This document shows, piece by piece, positions 32,209 through 41,633 of a DNA stretch of 64,000 nt; position 1 is the first letter of the stretch; the number at the start of each line of letters is the position of its first letter. The position numbers and the translations under genes are program-made. Location: assembly GCA_964624385.1 (NCBI GenBank), contig CAZUZV010000004.1, forward strand, positions 12,348 to 76,347, in the 5' to 3' direction. Source of the stretch: an uncultured Eubacteriales bacterium (GTDB lineage: Bacteria; Bacillota; Clostridia; Oscillospirales; Acutalibacteraceae). The notes beneath the pieces are model-generated. The model did no database searches. It saw only the letters and a list, made by a program, of their open reading frames with translations, and was not told where the DNA came from.

Positions 32209-32709
32209 ATGAACAAAAAATATGGTTTAATTGCAGGATGTATTATTTTAATTTCTTTGGTTTTTGCTCTTGTTGTTGCAGGTGTTACAAAGCTCAGTGA
32301 TAATACGTCACCCTCGGAAATAGTAAGCGGAGAAGCAACTCTTCAAGCTCAGGAGGGTAACTATTCTGTCAAAATTACAACGGTTTTGGAGGCGGAGCCG
32401 AACACTGACGATGCTGACCCACCCAAAGCAGAAAGAATAGCAATTGTAGTTTATGAATACACAAATGCCGATATTACCCACGGTCTTGCAATTGGAAACA
32501 CCCATTTCAAAGCTTATGATGCCAACGGTAAAGAGCTCCTGCAGTACCCGCAAAAAGACCTTTTTGTACCAAGCGAGGTAGAGGAGTCGGGAACGTTTAC
32601 CGCAAGTGTCGCTTTTGCCCTTAATAACGATAAAAATTATCTGAAAATCGAGTATTATAACGATGTTTCAGCAAAAACCCCCGATGCAGTATTTGAGCAA
32701 GAGTGGTAA
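32209..32709 (+). CDS. Hypothetical membrane-anchored small protein
   Basis: RBS AAGAGG, one N-terminal TM helix, beta-rich ectodomain. Confidence 0.6.
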   Translation: MNKKYGLIAGCIILISLVFALVVAGVTKLSDNTSPSEIVSGEATLQAQEGNYSVKITTVLEAEPNTDDADPPKAERIAIVVYEYTNADITHGLAIGNTHFKAYDANGKELLQYPQKDLFVPSEVEESGTFTASVAFALNNDKNYLKIEYYNDVSAKTPDAVFEQEW

Positions 32710-32715
32710 AATTAA

Positions 32716-32774
32716 GTTGCAAGTCGGAAGTGGTAAGTGACAAATTAAGGGTGTTGCGTACGGCAAGTACAATG
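32716..32774 (+). repeat. TGGYAAR-heptad plus hairpin element, copy A
   Basis: gcaagtc-ggaagt-ggtaagt-gacaaat followed by taagggtgttgcgtacggcaagtac (GTAC..GTAC stem). Starts 7 nt after the stop codon of the upstream gene. Confidence 0.6.
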
Positions 32775-32827
32775 TATATTTCAAGCTATTTGTTATTCAG
32801 CTAAAACTAAATGCAACAAAAATAAAT

Positions 32828-32870
32828 GGATTCAGGACAACTAATGTCTTGAATCCACTTTTCTGTTTTA
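32828..32870. terminator. Shared terminator of two convergent genes
   Basis: Stem ggattca-g-gac / gtc-t-tgaatcc followed by cttttctgtttt; A-rich on the other side. Confidence 0.7.
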
Positions 32871-32919
32871 TAATCGGCTTTGCCCCTAAACTTGCCACTT
32901 ACCATTTACCATTTGCCAC
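32871..32919 (-). repeat. TGGYAAR-heptad plus GGGGCAAAGCCGATTAT element, copy B (inverted relative to copy A)
   Basis: Reverse complement reads gtGGCAAATGGTAAATGGTAAGTGGCAAGTttaGGGGCAAAGCCGATTA. About 46 of 53 positions match copy C1 at 55957 (aligned by eye). Confidence 0.7.
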
Positions 32920-32920
32920 T

Positions 32921-34000
32921 TTATTCTATATTCCCGATAAACGCCGTGTCTGTGGGGTATTTCCCTCGGTGGTTTCTGTATTTTGCGGCACCGGATTCGA
33001 ATATAATATATTGTCCTTTCTCGCCTTGAACGATGCCTTCTGCCATTGGGGGAGCGGTTATGGTTTCTTTTAATAAATCGCTACTGCAGGCGAGAAGACT
33101 TATTTCCGTGTCGTCAACGGTATAAATACCGATTCTTTCCGATAAGAGAACATCGTCATAAACATAGATTATTGAGTTGTTCTTCCTTCCGTAGCTAGTG
33201 GAGAAAATGAGCTTACCGCTGTTTGTGAACGCCATACCCTGAACCTGTTCGGGAATTGCCAGGAAATAGTCGGGAATATAACCGTTGTTTTCGGAATTCA
33301 GCTTCTTAACATCGGGTAAACCGTCTTTTAATATATAACCCTCGCAATAGGCGTAGAAAGTTTCGCCACTTGCAAGTGTCGTTATTTTTCGGGTATTTTC
33401 TCTTGCAGAGTCGCTGCTTTCTATAAAGTCGCCCGTCCAGAGAATACCTTCGTTATAGCAAGCAAAAGAGCCGTAAGTGTTCAGCTTAAAATTGCTTTCA
33501 AATTTTAACATTTCCCCGTTTTTTAATTCTTTTAGTTTGTTAACCTCGAATATATAACAGGTGTTATCGCTTGTAATGTATACGTAATCTTCTGAAGAAG
33601 TAAGACCGCCTGCATGACCGTAATAGGCATTACCGTCAACGCTTTCTAAAGGAAATGCTTTAGTGAATTTTTTTGTTTGAGCGTCAATAAGCATTATCAT
33701 TGAGGGGTACGCACCATCCTCGTAATAACCGCTTACGGCATATAAATTCAACTTTCCGATATAGCAAATACCTTGGGGAATTATACCCTCAAAAAGTCCC
33801 GGTATTGTAAAATCTGGAGAGAACTCCTTGAAAAAGCTTTTATAATCCTCAACCTCTTCAATTTCGGATTCGGTAACAACGGATGTTTGGGTTATTATAT
33901 CTGTAATATCTTTTGTTTTCAAAACCTTCCAATCACCGCAAGAGCTAAAAAGAACAACAGACATTATCAGAGCCGTAATTCCAATAATTTTTCTTTTCAT
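32921..34000 (-). CDS. Hypothetical lipoprotein
   Basis: Start set at ATG 34000, giving MKRKIIGITALIMSVVLFSSCGD with a lipobox LFSSC. About 340 aa of beta-rich mature protein. The ORF track extends to 34045. Confidence 0.65.
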   Translation of the reverse strand: MKRKIIGITALIMSVVLFSSCGDWKVLKTKDITDIITQTSVVTESEIEEVEDYKSFFKEFSPDFTIPGLFEGIIPQGICYIGKLNLYAVSGYYEDGAYPSMIMLIDAQTKKFTKAFPLESVDGNAYYGHAGGLTSSEDYVYITSDNTCYIFEVNKLKELKNGEMLKFESNFKLNTYGSFACYNEGILWTGDFIESSDSARENTRKITTLASGETFYAYCEGYILKDGLPDVKKLNSENNGYIPDYFLAIPEQVQGMAFTNSGKLIFSTSYGRKNNSIIYVYDDVLLSERIGIYTVDDTEISLLACSSDLLKETITAPPMAEGIVQGEKGQYIIFESGAAKYRNHRGKYPTDTAFIGNIE

Positions 34001-34100
34001 AAAAATCACCGCACAAAGTATAACACAATTGTGCATAAATGGCAAATTATATTGAAAAAGTCATATTTTTACAAATTTGACGGAATTTCACTTTTTACTC

Positions 34101-34129
34101 TTGATAGATTTATAAAACTGTGTTATAAT
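34101..34129 (+). promoter_or_regulatory. Sigma-A-type promoter of pfkA with extended -10
   Basis: TTGATA, 17-nt spacer ending in TGT, TATAAT. Confidence 0.6.
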
Positions 34130-34191
34130 TCACTGGATTTGATAACATAGGGCTGAAAATCAACCCTAAATGTGTGATGGAGGTCATTGAA

Positions 34192-35160
34192 GTGAAAACA
34201 ATCGGTGTACTTACAAGCGGCGGTGACGCACCAGGAATGAACGCTGCAATTCGTGCAGTTGTGAGAACGGCTTGCGAAAGCGGTATCAAGGTTATGGGTA
34301 TCCGCCGAGGTTATAAAGGGCTTATTGAGGGCGATATGTATGAAATGAATCTTCGTTCCGTTTCCGATATTATTCATCGTGGCGGCACAATGCTTTATTC
34401 CGCTCGTTGCCCCGAATTTGCAGAGCCTGAGGTTCAGGATAAGGCAGTTGAGGTTTGTCATGAGTTCGGTCTTGAGGGGATTGTTGCAATAGGCGGTGAC
34501 GGTACTTTCAGAGGTGCCCGTGCCCTTACTCTTAAAGGTATTCCCTGTATCGGTATCCCCGGCACAATTGACAATGATATTGCATCCTGCGATTATACAA
34601 TCGGTTACGATACTGCTCTTAATACAGTTATGGCAATGGTTGACCGCATCCGTGATACCACAGAATCACATGACAGATGCTCTGTTGTTGAGGTTATGGG
34701 TAGAAATGCCGGTTATCTTGCTCTTAATGCAGGTCTTGCAATCGGTGCAACTTGTATCCTTATTCCCGAGGTTGATTATGATATTGATTCATACATCATC
34801 GAAAGAATGAAACGTACTCAGAAGACAGGCAAAGAACATTTTGTTATTGTTGTTGCGGAAGGTGTTAAGGGCATTGACGCTAACTCTCTTGCAAAATATA
34901 TTGAGCAGAAGACAGGTGTTGAAAGCCGTGCAACAATTCTTGGCCACGTTCAGCGCGGTGGTTCTCCCTCAGTTCGTGACAGAGTTCTTGCTTCTCAGAT
35001 GGGTAACTATGCTGTTCAGCTTCTTAAAAACGATATAGGTAACAGAGTTGTTGCTTCCTGCAAAGATAAAATTGTTGACTATGATATTATTGAGGCTCTC
35101 AATATGAAGAAAACAATTGATCTCGATCTTTACAGAATAGCAAACGAAATTTCTATATAA
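34192..35160 (+). CDS. pfkA: ATP-dependent 6-phosphofructokinase
   Basis: IGVLTSGGDAPGMNAAIR, IGGDGT, PGTIDND and GHVQRGG motifs. GTG 34192 sits 8 nt behind GGAGG; the ORF-track ATG is at 34174. Confidence 0.95.
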   Translation: MKTIGVLTSGGDAPGMNAAIRAVVRTACESGIKVMGIRRGYKGLIEGDMYEMNLRSVSDIIHRGGTMLYSARCPEFAEPEVQDKAVEVCHEFGLEGIVAIGGDGTFRGARALTLKGIPCIGIPGTIDNDIASCDYTIGYDTALNTVMAMVDRIRDTTESHDRCSVVEVMGRNAGYLALNAGLAIGATCILIPEVDYDIDSYIIERMKRTQKTGKEHFVIVVAEGVKGIDANSLAKYIEQKTGVESRATILGHVQRGGSPSVRDRVLASQMGNYAVQLLKNDIGNRVVASCKDKIVDYDIIEALNMKKTIDLDLYRIANEISI

Positions 35161-35180
35161 TTAACAAAATTTACCATTTA

Positions 35181-35216
35181 AACAGTCTCGAGAAATCGGG
35201 ACTGTTTTGTTTTTTG
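35181..35216 (+). terminator. Rho-independent terminator after pfkA
   Basis: Stem aacagtctcg/cgggactgtt (one G-U pair) followed by ttgtttttt. Confidence 0.8.
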
Positions 35217-35275
35217 TAAATAATTTTTCTTTATATTCACTGCGTTTTTACACAAAGTAATTTGTGTGAAGCGAG

Positions 35276-36433
35276 GTGATTTTTTTGAAAAAAAGTAAAG
35301 TTGTTATTTCTCTTTTTTCCATTGTTTTGTCGGCTGTTCTGATGTTTTCGGTGTTTTCTTCCGATATTTTTAAAATTGATGCTGCTGCCGATGTTAAGCT
35401 TAACGGAGTCAGCGGAAAAATTGCAGAAATTAAAGACGATTTTTTAAACATATTTAACTATGATAGTAAAACCAAACAAGAAGGAAATATAACTTCAGGA
35501 GAGCTTCCGTATGTTTATGTTGGCGGATACCCAATTGGTTTAAAGCTTTATGCTGACGGTGTGGTTATTGTCGGAACAGAGGCAGTTGACACCGAAAACG
35601 GGCCTGTTAACACCGCTCAAAAAGCAGGGTTAAAACTGGGTGACATTATTAAAAAAGTTAATGGTATTGAGGTGAAAAGCAACACACAAGTTTCTGGGAT
35701 TATTGAGAAAAGTGCAGGTGAAATCCTGTTTTTTGAGGCAGAGCGTAACGGCAAGGTATTTGAGGCTTCTTTTAAAGCGGAATATTCTGTCAGTGAGGGG
35801 AAATATAAAGCAGGAATCTGGATCAGAGATAGCTCGGCGGGTATAGGAACAGTAACTTTTTGCACCGAAGACGGCTTCTTTGCTTCCCTGGGTCATGCAG
35901 TATGCGATATAGACACAAAATCAACTATTCCTATTTCACAAGGAGAATGCACACAGGCGAAAATCACGGGTTTTATTAAAGGTGGAAACGGAACCGCAGG
36001 AGAGCTTTGCGGTTATCTCGACAGTAACAAAACAGGTGTTATTTACAGTAACGATAATTTAGGGGTTTACGGAGAGTTCGATTCTGTTCCGAATGGTTTT
36101 GAAAAGCTTCAGATAGCTTCAAAAGATGAAGTGTGCGAGGGTGAAGCGGAAATTTTAACAACAGTTGAAAACGGAGTAATTGAAAGTTATTCGATAACCA
36201 TAGAAAAAATTGATGAAAATTCAACCGATAATAAAAACCTTGTTTTAAAAGTTACGGACAGAGATTTAATCGAAAAAACAGGTGGGATTATTCAGGGAAT
36301 GAGCGGTTCTCCCATAATCCAAAACGGTAAGCTTGTGGGCGCAGTTACCCATGTTTTTTTGAATGATGCTACGGGTGGTTTCGGCATTTTTGCTCAAACA
36401 ATGTCTGAAAAACTTGAATTTATAAAGAATTAA
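35276..36433 (+). CDS. spoIVB: Sporulation signalling serine peptidase SpoIVB (S55)
   Basis: Signal anchor, PDZ segment (GLKLGDIIKKVNGIEV), peptidase region with SLGHAV and GMSGSPI. Canonical position immediately upstream of spo0A. Confidence 0.9.
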   Translation: MIFLKKSKVVISLFSIVLSAVLMFSVFSSDIFKIDAAADVKLNGVSGKIAEIKDDFLNIFNYDSKTKQEGNITSGELPYVYVGGYPIGLKLYADGVVIVGTEAVDTENGPVNTAQKAGLKLGDIIKKVNGIEVKSNTQVSGIIEKSAGEILFFEAERNGKVFEASFKAEYSVSEGKYKAGIWIRDSSAGIGTVTFCTEDGFFASLGHAVCDIDTKSTIPISQGECTQAKITGFIKGGNGTAGELCGYLDSNKTGVIYSNDNLGVYGEFDSVPNGFEKLQIASKDEVCEGEAEILTTVENGVIESYSITIEKIDENSTDNKNLVLKVTDRDLIEKTGGIIQGMSGSPIIQNGKLVGAVTHVFLNDATGGFGIFAQTMSEKLEFIKN

Positions 36434-36453
36434 ATATCAAACTGCACAATTCA

Positions 36454-36460
36454 TTCGACA
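36454..36460 (+). promoter_or_regulatory. Candidate Spo0A box (TTCGACA, complement of TGTCGAA) upstream of spo0A
   Basis: Exact 7-mer match 146 nt upstream of the spo0A start. spo0A autoregulation through 0A boxes is established in Bacillus and Clostridium. Confidence 0.4.
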
Positions 36461-36605
36461 GAATTTTACGTTTTGAAATTTTTTTATAGTTTTTTCTTAA
36501 TTAGCAAATTGCGCTATTTTGTTTAAACTAACGATATTTGTTGAACCCACTTGATTTGAGGTGTTTTGAGGCTTATAATTTAACCATACTTTAGGAGGTG
36601 TTCAA

Positions 36606-37370
36606 ATGGTTGGCAACATAAAAGTTTTGTTAACTGATGAAAAGGATGAAGCTACTTTGCAGCTTGTTGCTGCTCTTCGTTCAAACAGAATGGAAGTTAA
36701 GCTTTGTCAGAAAAACGGAGCGGAGCTTTTGAATTTAATTGAAGATACCAATCCGGATGTTGTTGTGATGGATGCGTTTTTACAGCACATTGATGCGGTG
36801 GGTGTTGTATCAAGAATAAATATGAAAGATCCTGCGAAAAGACCGCTTATAATTGTTATGTCCGGCATAAATAATGTGAATTTTGAGAGAGAAATTCTTA
36901 AGAGCGGGGTGGATTATTATTTCCTGAAGCCCATTGATGCCCAGATGGTAGCTCAGCGTATTATTCAGCTTACAAGCTGGAAGGATGTAGGCGTCACTGC
37001 ACGCTATGAGGAACCGCAGGATTTAACTGTTATAATAACAGAAATTCTTCACCAAATCGGTGTTCCTGCTCATATTAAGGGCTACAGATATGTGAGGGAA
37101 GCAATTCGCTTAACTGTTGAAAATCCCGAAATGCTTAATTCAGTTACAAAAATTCTTTATCCAACTGTTGCAAAGAACTTTAAAAGCACATCTTCACGTG
37201 TGGAAAGGGCAATTCGTCACGGAATTGAAACTGCTTGGGACAGGGGAGATGTTGACGTTCTTAACTCCTATTTCGGTTACACTATTCAGAATCAACGCGG
37301 AAAACCTACTAATTCCGAGTTTATCGCTATGATTGCGGATGACATTAGATTAAAAAGAAGAGTATCATAA
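36606..37370 (+). CDS. spo0A: Sporulation master regulator Spo0A
   Basis: REC domain (VLLTDE, VVVMDAF, FLKP) and Spo0A C-terminal DNA-binding signature SRVERAIRHGIETAW. RBS AGGAGG. Confidence 0.95.
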   Translation: MVGNIKVLLTDEKDEATLQLVAALRSNRMEVKLCQKNGAELLNLIEDTNPDVVVMDAFLQHIDAVGVVSRINMKDPAKRPLIIVMSGINNVNFEREILKSGVDYYFLKPIDAQMVAQRIIQLTSWKDVGVTARYEEPQDLTVIITEILHQIGVPAHIKGYRYVREAIRLTVENPEMLNSVTKILYPTVAKNFKSTSSRVERAIRHGIETAWDRGDVDVLNSYFGYTIQNQRGKPTNSEFIAMIADDIRLKRRVS

Positions 37371-37373
37371 TTT

Positions 37374-37408
37374 ACAGGACTGTTACATTTTGTGACAGTC
37401 CTGTTTTT
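37374..37408 (+). terminator. Rho-independent terminator after spo0A
   Basis: 10-bp stem acaggactgt/acagtcctgt followed by TTTT. Confidence 0.85.
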
Positions 37409-37462
37409 AGTGTATTATATAATATAAATAAAAATATACTTTAAATTTGAGCAATTAAACAC

Positions 37463-37491
37463 TTTACAATAATTGTGGTTTGTTGTAAAAT
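37463..37491 (+). promoter_or_regulatory. Sigma-A-type promoter of the pyrH operon
   Basis: TTTACA, 17-nt spacer, TAAAAT. Confidence 0.5.
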
Positions 37492-37544
37492 AAAATGGTA
37501 CAATTAGGAATGAAACGCATTTTTGCGGTGAAAGGGGCATATTT

Positions 37545-38255
37545 ATGAAACCTGTTTACAACAGATTGTTATTAAAATTAAGCGGCGAGGTTCTCGCAGG
37601 TGAAGCCGGTCACGGTTTCGATTTTACTGTTATTGAGGACGTTTGCAAAGCAATCAAAGATGTTACTGATAAAGGAGTTCAGGTTGGTATCGTTGTTGGT
37701 GGCGGCAATTTCTGGCGCGGTCGTTCAAGCGGTGCAATGGACAGAACAAGAGCCGACTCAATCGGTATGCTTGCAACTGTTATGAATTCTCTCGCTCTTC
37801 AGCAGGGCTTCCTTGATATCGGCGTTGAAGCAAGAGTTCAGTCAGCAGTGCAGATTACAGGTGTGGTTGAAACCTTTATCCGCGATGAAGCGGTAAGACA
37901 TCTTGAAAAGGGCAGAGTGGTTATTTTCGCAGGAGGAACGGGTAATCCCTTCTTCTCAACAGACTCCGGTGCAGCTCTCAGAGCAGCTCAGATTAATGCA
38001 GATGTTCTTTTAAAAGCTACAAATGTTGACGGTATTTACGATAAAGACCCCAACAAATTCAGCGATGCTGTTAAGTTTGATAAAATCACTCATAACGAGC
38101 TTCTTGAAAGACATCTTGCAGTTATGGATACTGCAGCAGCTGCTATATGTCAGGAAAACAATATTCCCATTCTTGTTTTCAATCTTAATGACACTTCTAA
38201 CATTCTCAAAGCAGTTTGCGGTGAAAATGCGGGAACTGTTGTTACAAACTCATAA
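37545..38255 (+). CDS. pyrH: UMP kinase
   Basis: LLKLSGE, VVGGGNFWRG and GTGNPFFSTDS motifs. Confidence 0.95.
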   Translation: MKPVYNRLLLKLSGEVLAGEAGHGFDFTVIEDVCKAIKDVTDKGVQVGIVVGGGNFWRGRSSGAMDRTRADSIGMLATVMNSLALQQGFLDIGVEARVQSAVQITGVVETFIRDEAVRHLEKGRVVIFAGGTGNPFFSTDSGAALRAAQINADVLLKATNVDGIYDKDPNKFSDAVKFDKITHNELLERHLAVMDTAAAAICQENNIPILVFNLNDTSNILKAVCGENAGTVVTNS

Positions 38256-38290
38256 AAAATTATTTTATTATAAACTCGGAGGTATTCTTT

Positions 38291-38845
38291 ATGGAATCAG
38301 TATTTAATTTGGCAAAAGAAAAAATGGAAAAATCAATCAACTCTCTTAAATATGAGTACAATTCAATCAGAGCAGGCAGAGCTAATGCCGCAATTCTTGA
38401 CAGAATTTCTGTTGACTACTATGGTTCTCCCACTCCCATTAACCAGATGGCAGCAATTTCTGTTCCTGAACCCAGAGTTCTTGCAATTCAGCCTTGGGAT
38501 ATGTCTGCATTAAGCCTTATCGAAAAAGCAATCCTTGCTTCTGATATAGGCATTAACCCCTCAAACGACGGTAGAATCATCCGCCTTGTTTTCCCTGCTC
38601 TTACAGAGGAGAGAAGAAAACAGCTTTCAAAAGATGTTTCCAAATACGGTGAGGAGGCAAAGGTTGCAGTTCGTCAGATAAGACGTGATTGCATCGAAAA
38701 AATCAAGACAATGAAAAAAAATTCCGAAATTACTGAAGACGACCAGAAATACGGCGAAGAAAAGCTTCAGAAGATTACTGACGAATTTGTTAAGAAAATT
38801 GACGAAATCGCAGAAGCAAAAACTAAAGAAATAATGGAAATCTGA
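38291..38845 (+). CDS. frr: Ribosome recycling factor
   Basis: 184 aa with IRAGRANAAILDRI and TEERRKQLSK motifs. pyrH-frr synteny. Confidence 0.95.
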   Translation: MESVFNLAKEKMEKSINSLKYEYNSIRAGRANAAILDRISVDYYGSPTPINQMAAISVPEPRVLAIQPWDMSALSLIEKAILASDIGINPSNDGRIIRLVFPALTEERRKQLSKDVSKYGEEAKVAVRQIRRDCIEKIKTMKKNSEITEDDQKYGEEKLQKITDEFVKKIDEIAEAKTKEIMEI

Positions 38846-38848
38846 GTT

Positions 38849-39580
38849 ATGAACGATAATATTCCTAAATTTGACGTTTTGCCACGGCATATCGGCTTTA
38901 TTATGGACGGTAACGGCAGATGGGCAAAAATGCGGGGTCTTGAAAGAAGTGCAGGTCATAAAGAAGGTGCTTTAACCTTTCGCCGTATCGGTGAATATTG
39001 CGCTGATGTGGGCATAAAATATATGACCTTTTACGCTTTTTCAACAGAAAATTGGAACAGACCCAAATCCGAAGTTATGGCTCTTATGAAGCTCTTTAAA
39101 GAATATCTTAAAGAGGGCGATGAGCGTATCGCAGAAAACGATATCCGCCAGATGTGTCTTAAATTTATCGGTGAGCGCGATAATCTTCCGAAAGACCTTT
39201 TAAAGCTTATTGAAAAGGCAGAAAGAGAGTCCGCAAAATATGATAAGGTTACTGTTAATATCGCTCTTAATTACGGTGGCAGAGCAGAGATTACCCACGC
39301 AGTAAAGGAAATTGCCAATAAGGTGAAAAATGGTGAAATGTCTGTTGAAGATATTACCGAGGATGTTGTGAGCAATAATATATATACGGCAGGTCAGCCC
39401 GACCCGGATATTATTGTAAGACCAAGCGGTGAATACAGACTTTCGAACTTTATGACCTGGCAGTCGGCATATTCTGAATTCTGGTTTTCCGATATTCTTT
39501 GGCCTGATTTTACTGAGGAAGATGTTAATAAAATTCTTGAAGATTACCAGAAACGCAACCGTCGTTTCGGTGGAGTGTAA
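38849..39580 (+). CDS. uppS: Undecaprenyl diphosphate synthase
   Basis: HIGFIMDGNGRWA, FSTENWNRP and RPSGEYRLSNFMTWQSAYSE motifs. Confidence 0.95.
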   Translation: MNDNIPKFDVLPRHIGFIMDGNGRWAKMRGLERSAGHKEGALTFRRIGEYCADVGIKYMTFYAFSTENWNRPKSEVMALMKLFKEYLKEGDERIAENDIRQMCLKFIGERDNLPKDLLKLIEKAERESAKYDKVTVNIALNYGGRAEITHAVKEIANKVKNGEMSVEDITEDVVSNNIYTAGQPDPDIIVRPSGEYRLSNFMTWQSAYSEFWFSDILWPDFTEEDVNKILEDYQKRNRRFGGV

Positions 39581-39611
39581 TCAATTTGTGGATTAGAACG
39601 AGGAGAAAATA

Positions 39612-40451
39612 GTGAAACAGAGAGTAATAACCGGTGTGTTGTCCGGTATAATATTTATAGGCGCGCTTTTACTGATGAATACAGTCGTATTCCCTGTATT
39701 TGTTGCTTTGCTCAGCGGTATGGCAGTTTATGAAATTGAAAAAGCAGTTGGACTGAAAAATAAAATGATAATGGCTATAAGCCTTGTGCTTTCGGTTGCA
39801 ATTCCCTTTATAGTTCATTTCGATTTGAAAATGCCGATTGCCGCTTTTGGCGGAGTATACGTTGTTCTTGTGTTCATTTTTATGTTACTGAAATTTGAGA
39901 CCACTAAATTTGAACAAGCGGTTACTGCCATTTTCTCTTCTGTTTGTGTTCCGTATTCGTTTTCGCTTATGATTGTTTTCCGCGATATTCATAAGCATTT
40001 TGAGGGTTACACAAAGGTTGACGGAGTTTATCTTCTTCTTTTCGCTTTTTTTGCAAGCTGGATGACGGATATTTTCGCATATTTTGTAGGAAGTAAGCTC
40101 GGTAAACATAAGCTTTGCCCCAAAATCAGTCCCAAAAAGTCTGTTGAGGGTGCAATTGGCGGTGTTGCAGGTGCAGTTATTCTCAATGTGCTTCTTCTCT
40201 TTGTATTTAAGAAGTTCTTCTTTGAAGGGGAATCAATTCTTTCCTACATAACTGTTGCAATATTGAGCGTTGTTCTCTCTGTTGTAAGTATGTTCGGCGA
40301 CCTTGCCGCTTCCACAATCAAACGAAACTTCGGAATTAAGGATTTCGGTAAGCTTCTTCCCGGTCATGGTGGTATTATGGACCGTTTCGACAGTGCATTA
40401 TTCGTAATGCCCGTTCTTTATTCCGCAATTTATTTTATTAATGCATTTTGA
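39612..40451 (+). CDS. cdsA: Phosphatidate cytidylyltransferase
   Basis: C-terminal signature STIKRNFGIKDFGKLLPGHGGIMDRFDS. GTG start behind AGGAG. Confidence 0.9.
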   Translation: MKQRVITGVLSGIIFIGALLLMNTVVFPVFVALLSGMAVYEIEKAVGLKNKMIMAISLVLSVAIPFIVHFDLKMPIAAFGGVYVVLVFIFMLLKFETTKFEQAVTAIFSSVCVPYSFSLMIVFRDIHKHFEGYTKVDGVYLLLFAFFASWMTDIFAYFVGSKLGKHKLCPKISPKKSVEGAIGGVAGAVILNVLLLFVFKKFFFEGESILSYITVAILSVVLSVVSMFGDLAASTIKRNFGIKDFGKLLPGHGGIMDRFDSALFVMPVLYSAIYFINAF

Positions 40452-40457
40452 TTTATT

Positions 40458-41606
40458 ATGAAAACTATTAATTTATTAGGTTCAACAGGTTCAATAGGTG
40501 TTCAGACATTAGACGTAGCAAGGGCCCACGGTTATAAAATCGAGGCTCTTGCCGCATTTTCTGACGTTAAAGGTATTGAAGCGCAGATTCGCGAATTCAA
40601 GCCCAAATACGCAGCTCTTGTTGATGAGAGTGCTGCTAAGGATTTAAAAGACAGAGTCAGAGATTTGGATGTTACCGTTTTAAGCGGTATGGAAGGTGTT
40701 TGCTACTGTGGTGCAGAGGCGAATGGGGAAATTACCCTTAACTCCGTAGTGGGTATGGCAGGGCTAAAACCCACTCTTGATGCAGTTAATTCAGGTAAAA
40801 CAATAGCCCTTGCAAATAAGGAAACCCTTGTTGCAGGTGGTCATCTTGTAACAGAAGCGGCAAAGAAGAATAATGTTTCTATTTTGCCCGTTGATAGTGA
40901 GCACTCAGCAATTTTCCAATGTCTTTTAGGTGCACCGTCCAATAAAGCGCTCAAAAGAATTATACTTACTGCTTCAGGCGGTCCTTTCTTTGGTAAAACT
41001 AAAGAGGAACTGCAGAATGTTACTTTGGCAGACGCTCTCAAGCACCCGAGCTGGAGTATGGGACAAAAAATAACAATAGACAGCGCTACAATGTTCAATA
41101 AGGGGCTTGAGCTTATTGAAGCAGTATGGCTCTTCGATGTAAGTCCTGATATGATTGACATTGTTGTTCACAGAGAAAGCATTGTTCATTCTCTTATTGA
41201 ATACGATGATAATTCAGTTATCGCTCAGTTAGGTCATCCTGATATGAGATTGCCCATTCAGTTTGCAATAACTTATCCCGAGCGTTATGAGTCGCCCGAA
41301 AAGCAGCTTGATTTATGGGAAGTGGGAAAGCTCACTTTCTATAAACCCGATTACGAAAACTTCCCTTGTATGAATATTTGCCGTGACGCTATAACAAAAG
41401 GTGGTTTGTATCCTGCCGCAGTGAATTGCGCAAACGAAGAGGCAAATTTGCTTTTCAGACAGGGTAAAATATCATTTAATGCCATTCCTGAGCTTATTTC
41501 TCTTGCATCGGAGCATACTCTCAAAAAGCAGGATTTCACTTTGCAGGATGTTTTCGATACGGATAATTTAATGAGAGAAAAAGTCAGAGAATTAGCAAAA
41601 GCATAA
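40458..41606 (+). CDS. dxr: 1-deoxy-D-xylulose-5-phosphate reductoisomerase
   Basis: LGSTGSIG NADPH site, LANKE, DSEHSAIFQC, HPSWSMG motifs. Confidence 0.95.
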   Translation: MKTINLLGSTGSIGVQTLDVARAHGYKIEALAAFSDVKGIEAQIREFKPKYAALVDESAAKDLKDRVRDLDVTVLSGMEGVCYCGAEANGEITLNSVVGMAGLKPTLDAVNSGKTIALANKETLVAGGHLVTEAAKKNNVSILPVDSEHSAIFQCLLGAPSNKALKRIILTASGGPFFGKTKEELQNVTLADALKHPSWSMGQKITIDSATMFNKGLELIEAVWLFDVSPDMIDIVVHRESIVHSLIEYDDNSVIAQLGHPDMRLPIQFAITYPERYESPEKQLDLWEVGKLTFYKPDYENFPCMNICRDAITKGGLYPAAVNCANEEANLLFRQGKISFNAIPELISLASEHTLKKQDFTLQDVFDTDNLMREKVRELAKA

Positions 41607-41633
41607 TTTTTATTTTTTAAATAAAGCAAAGAG

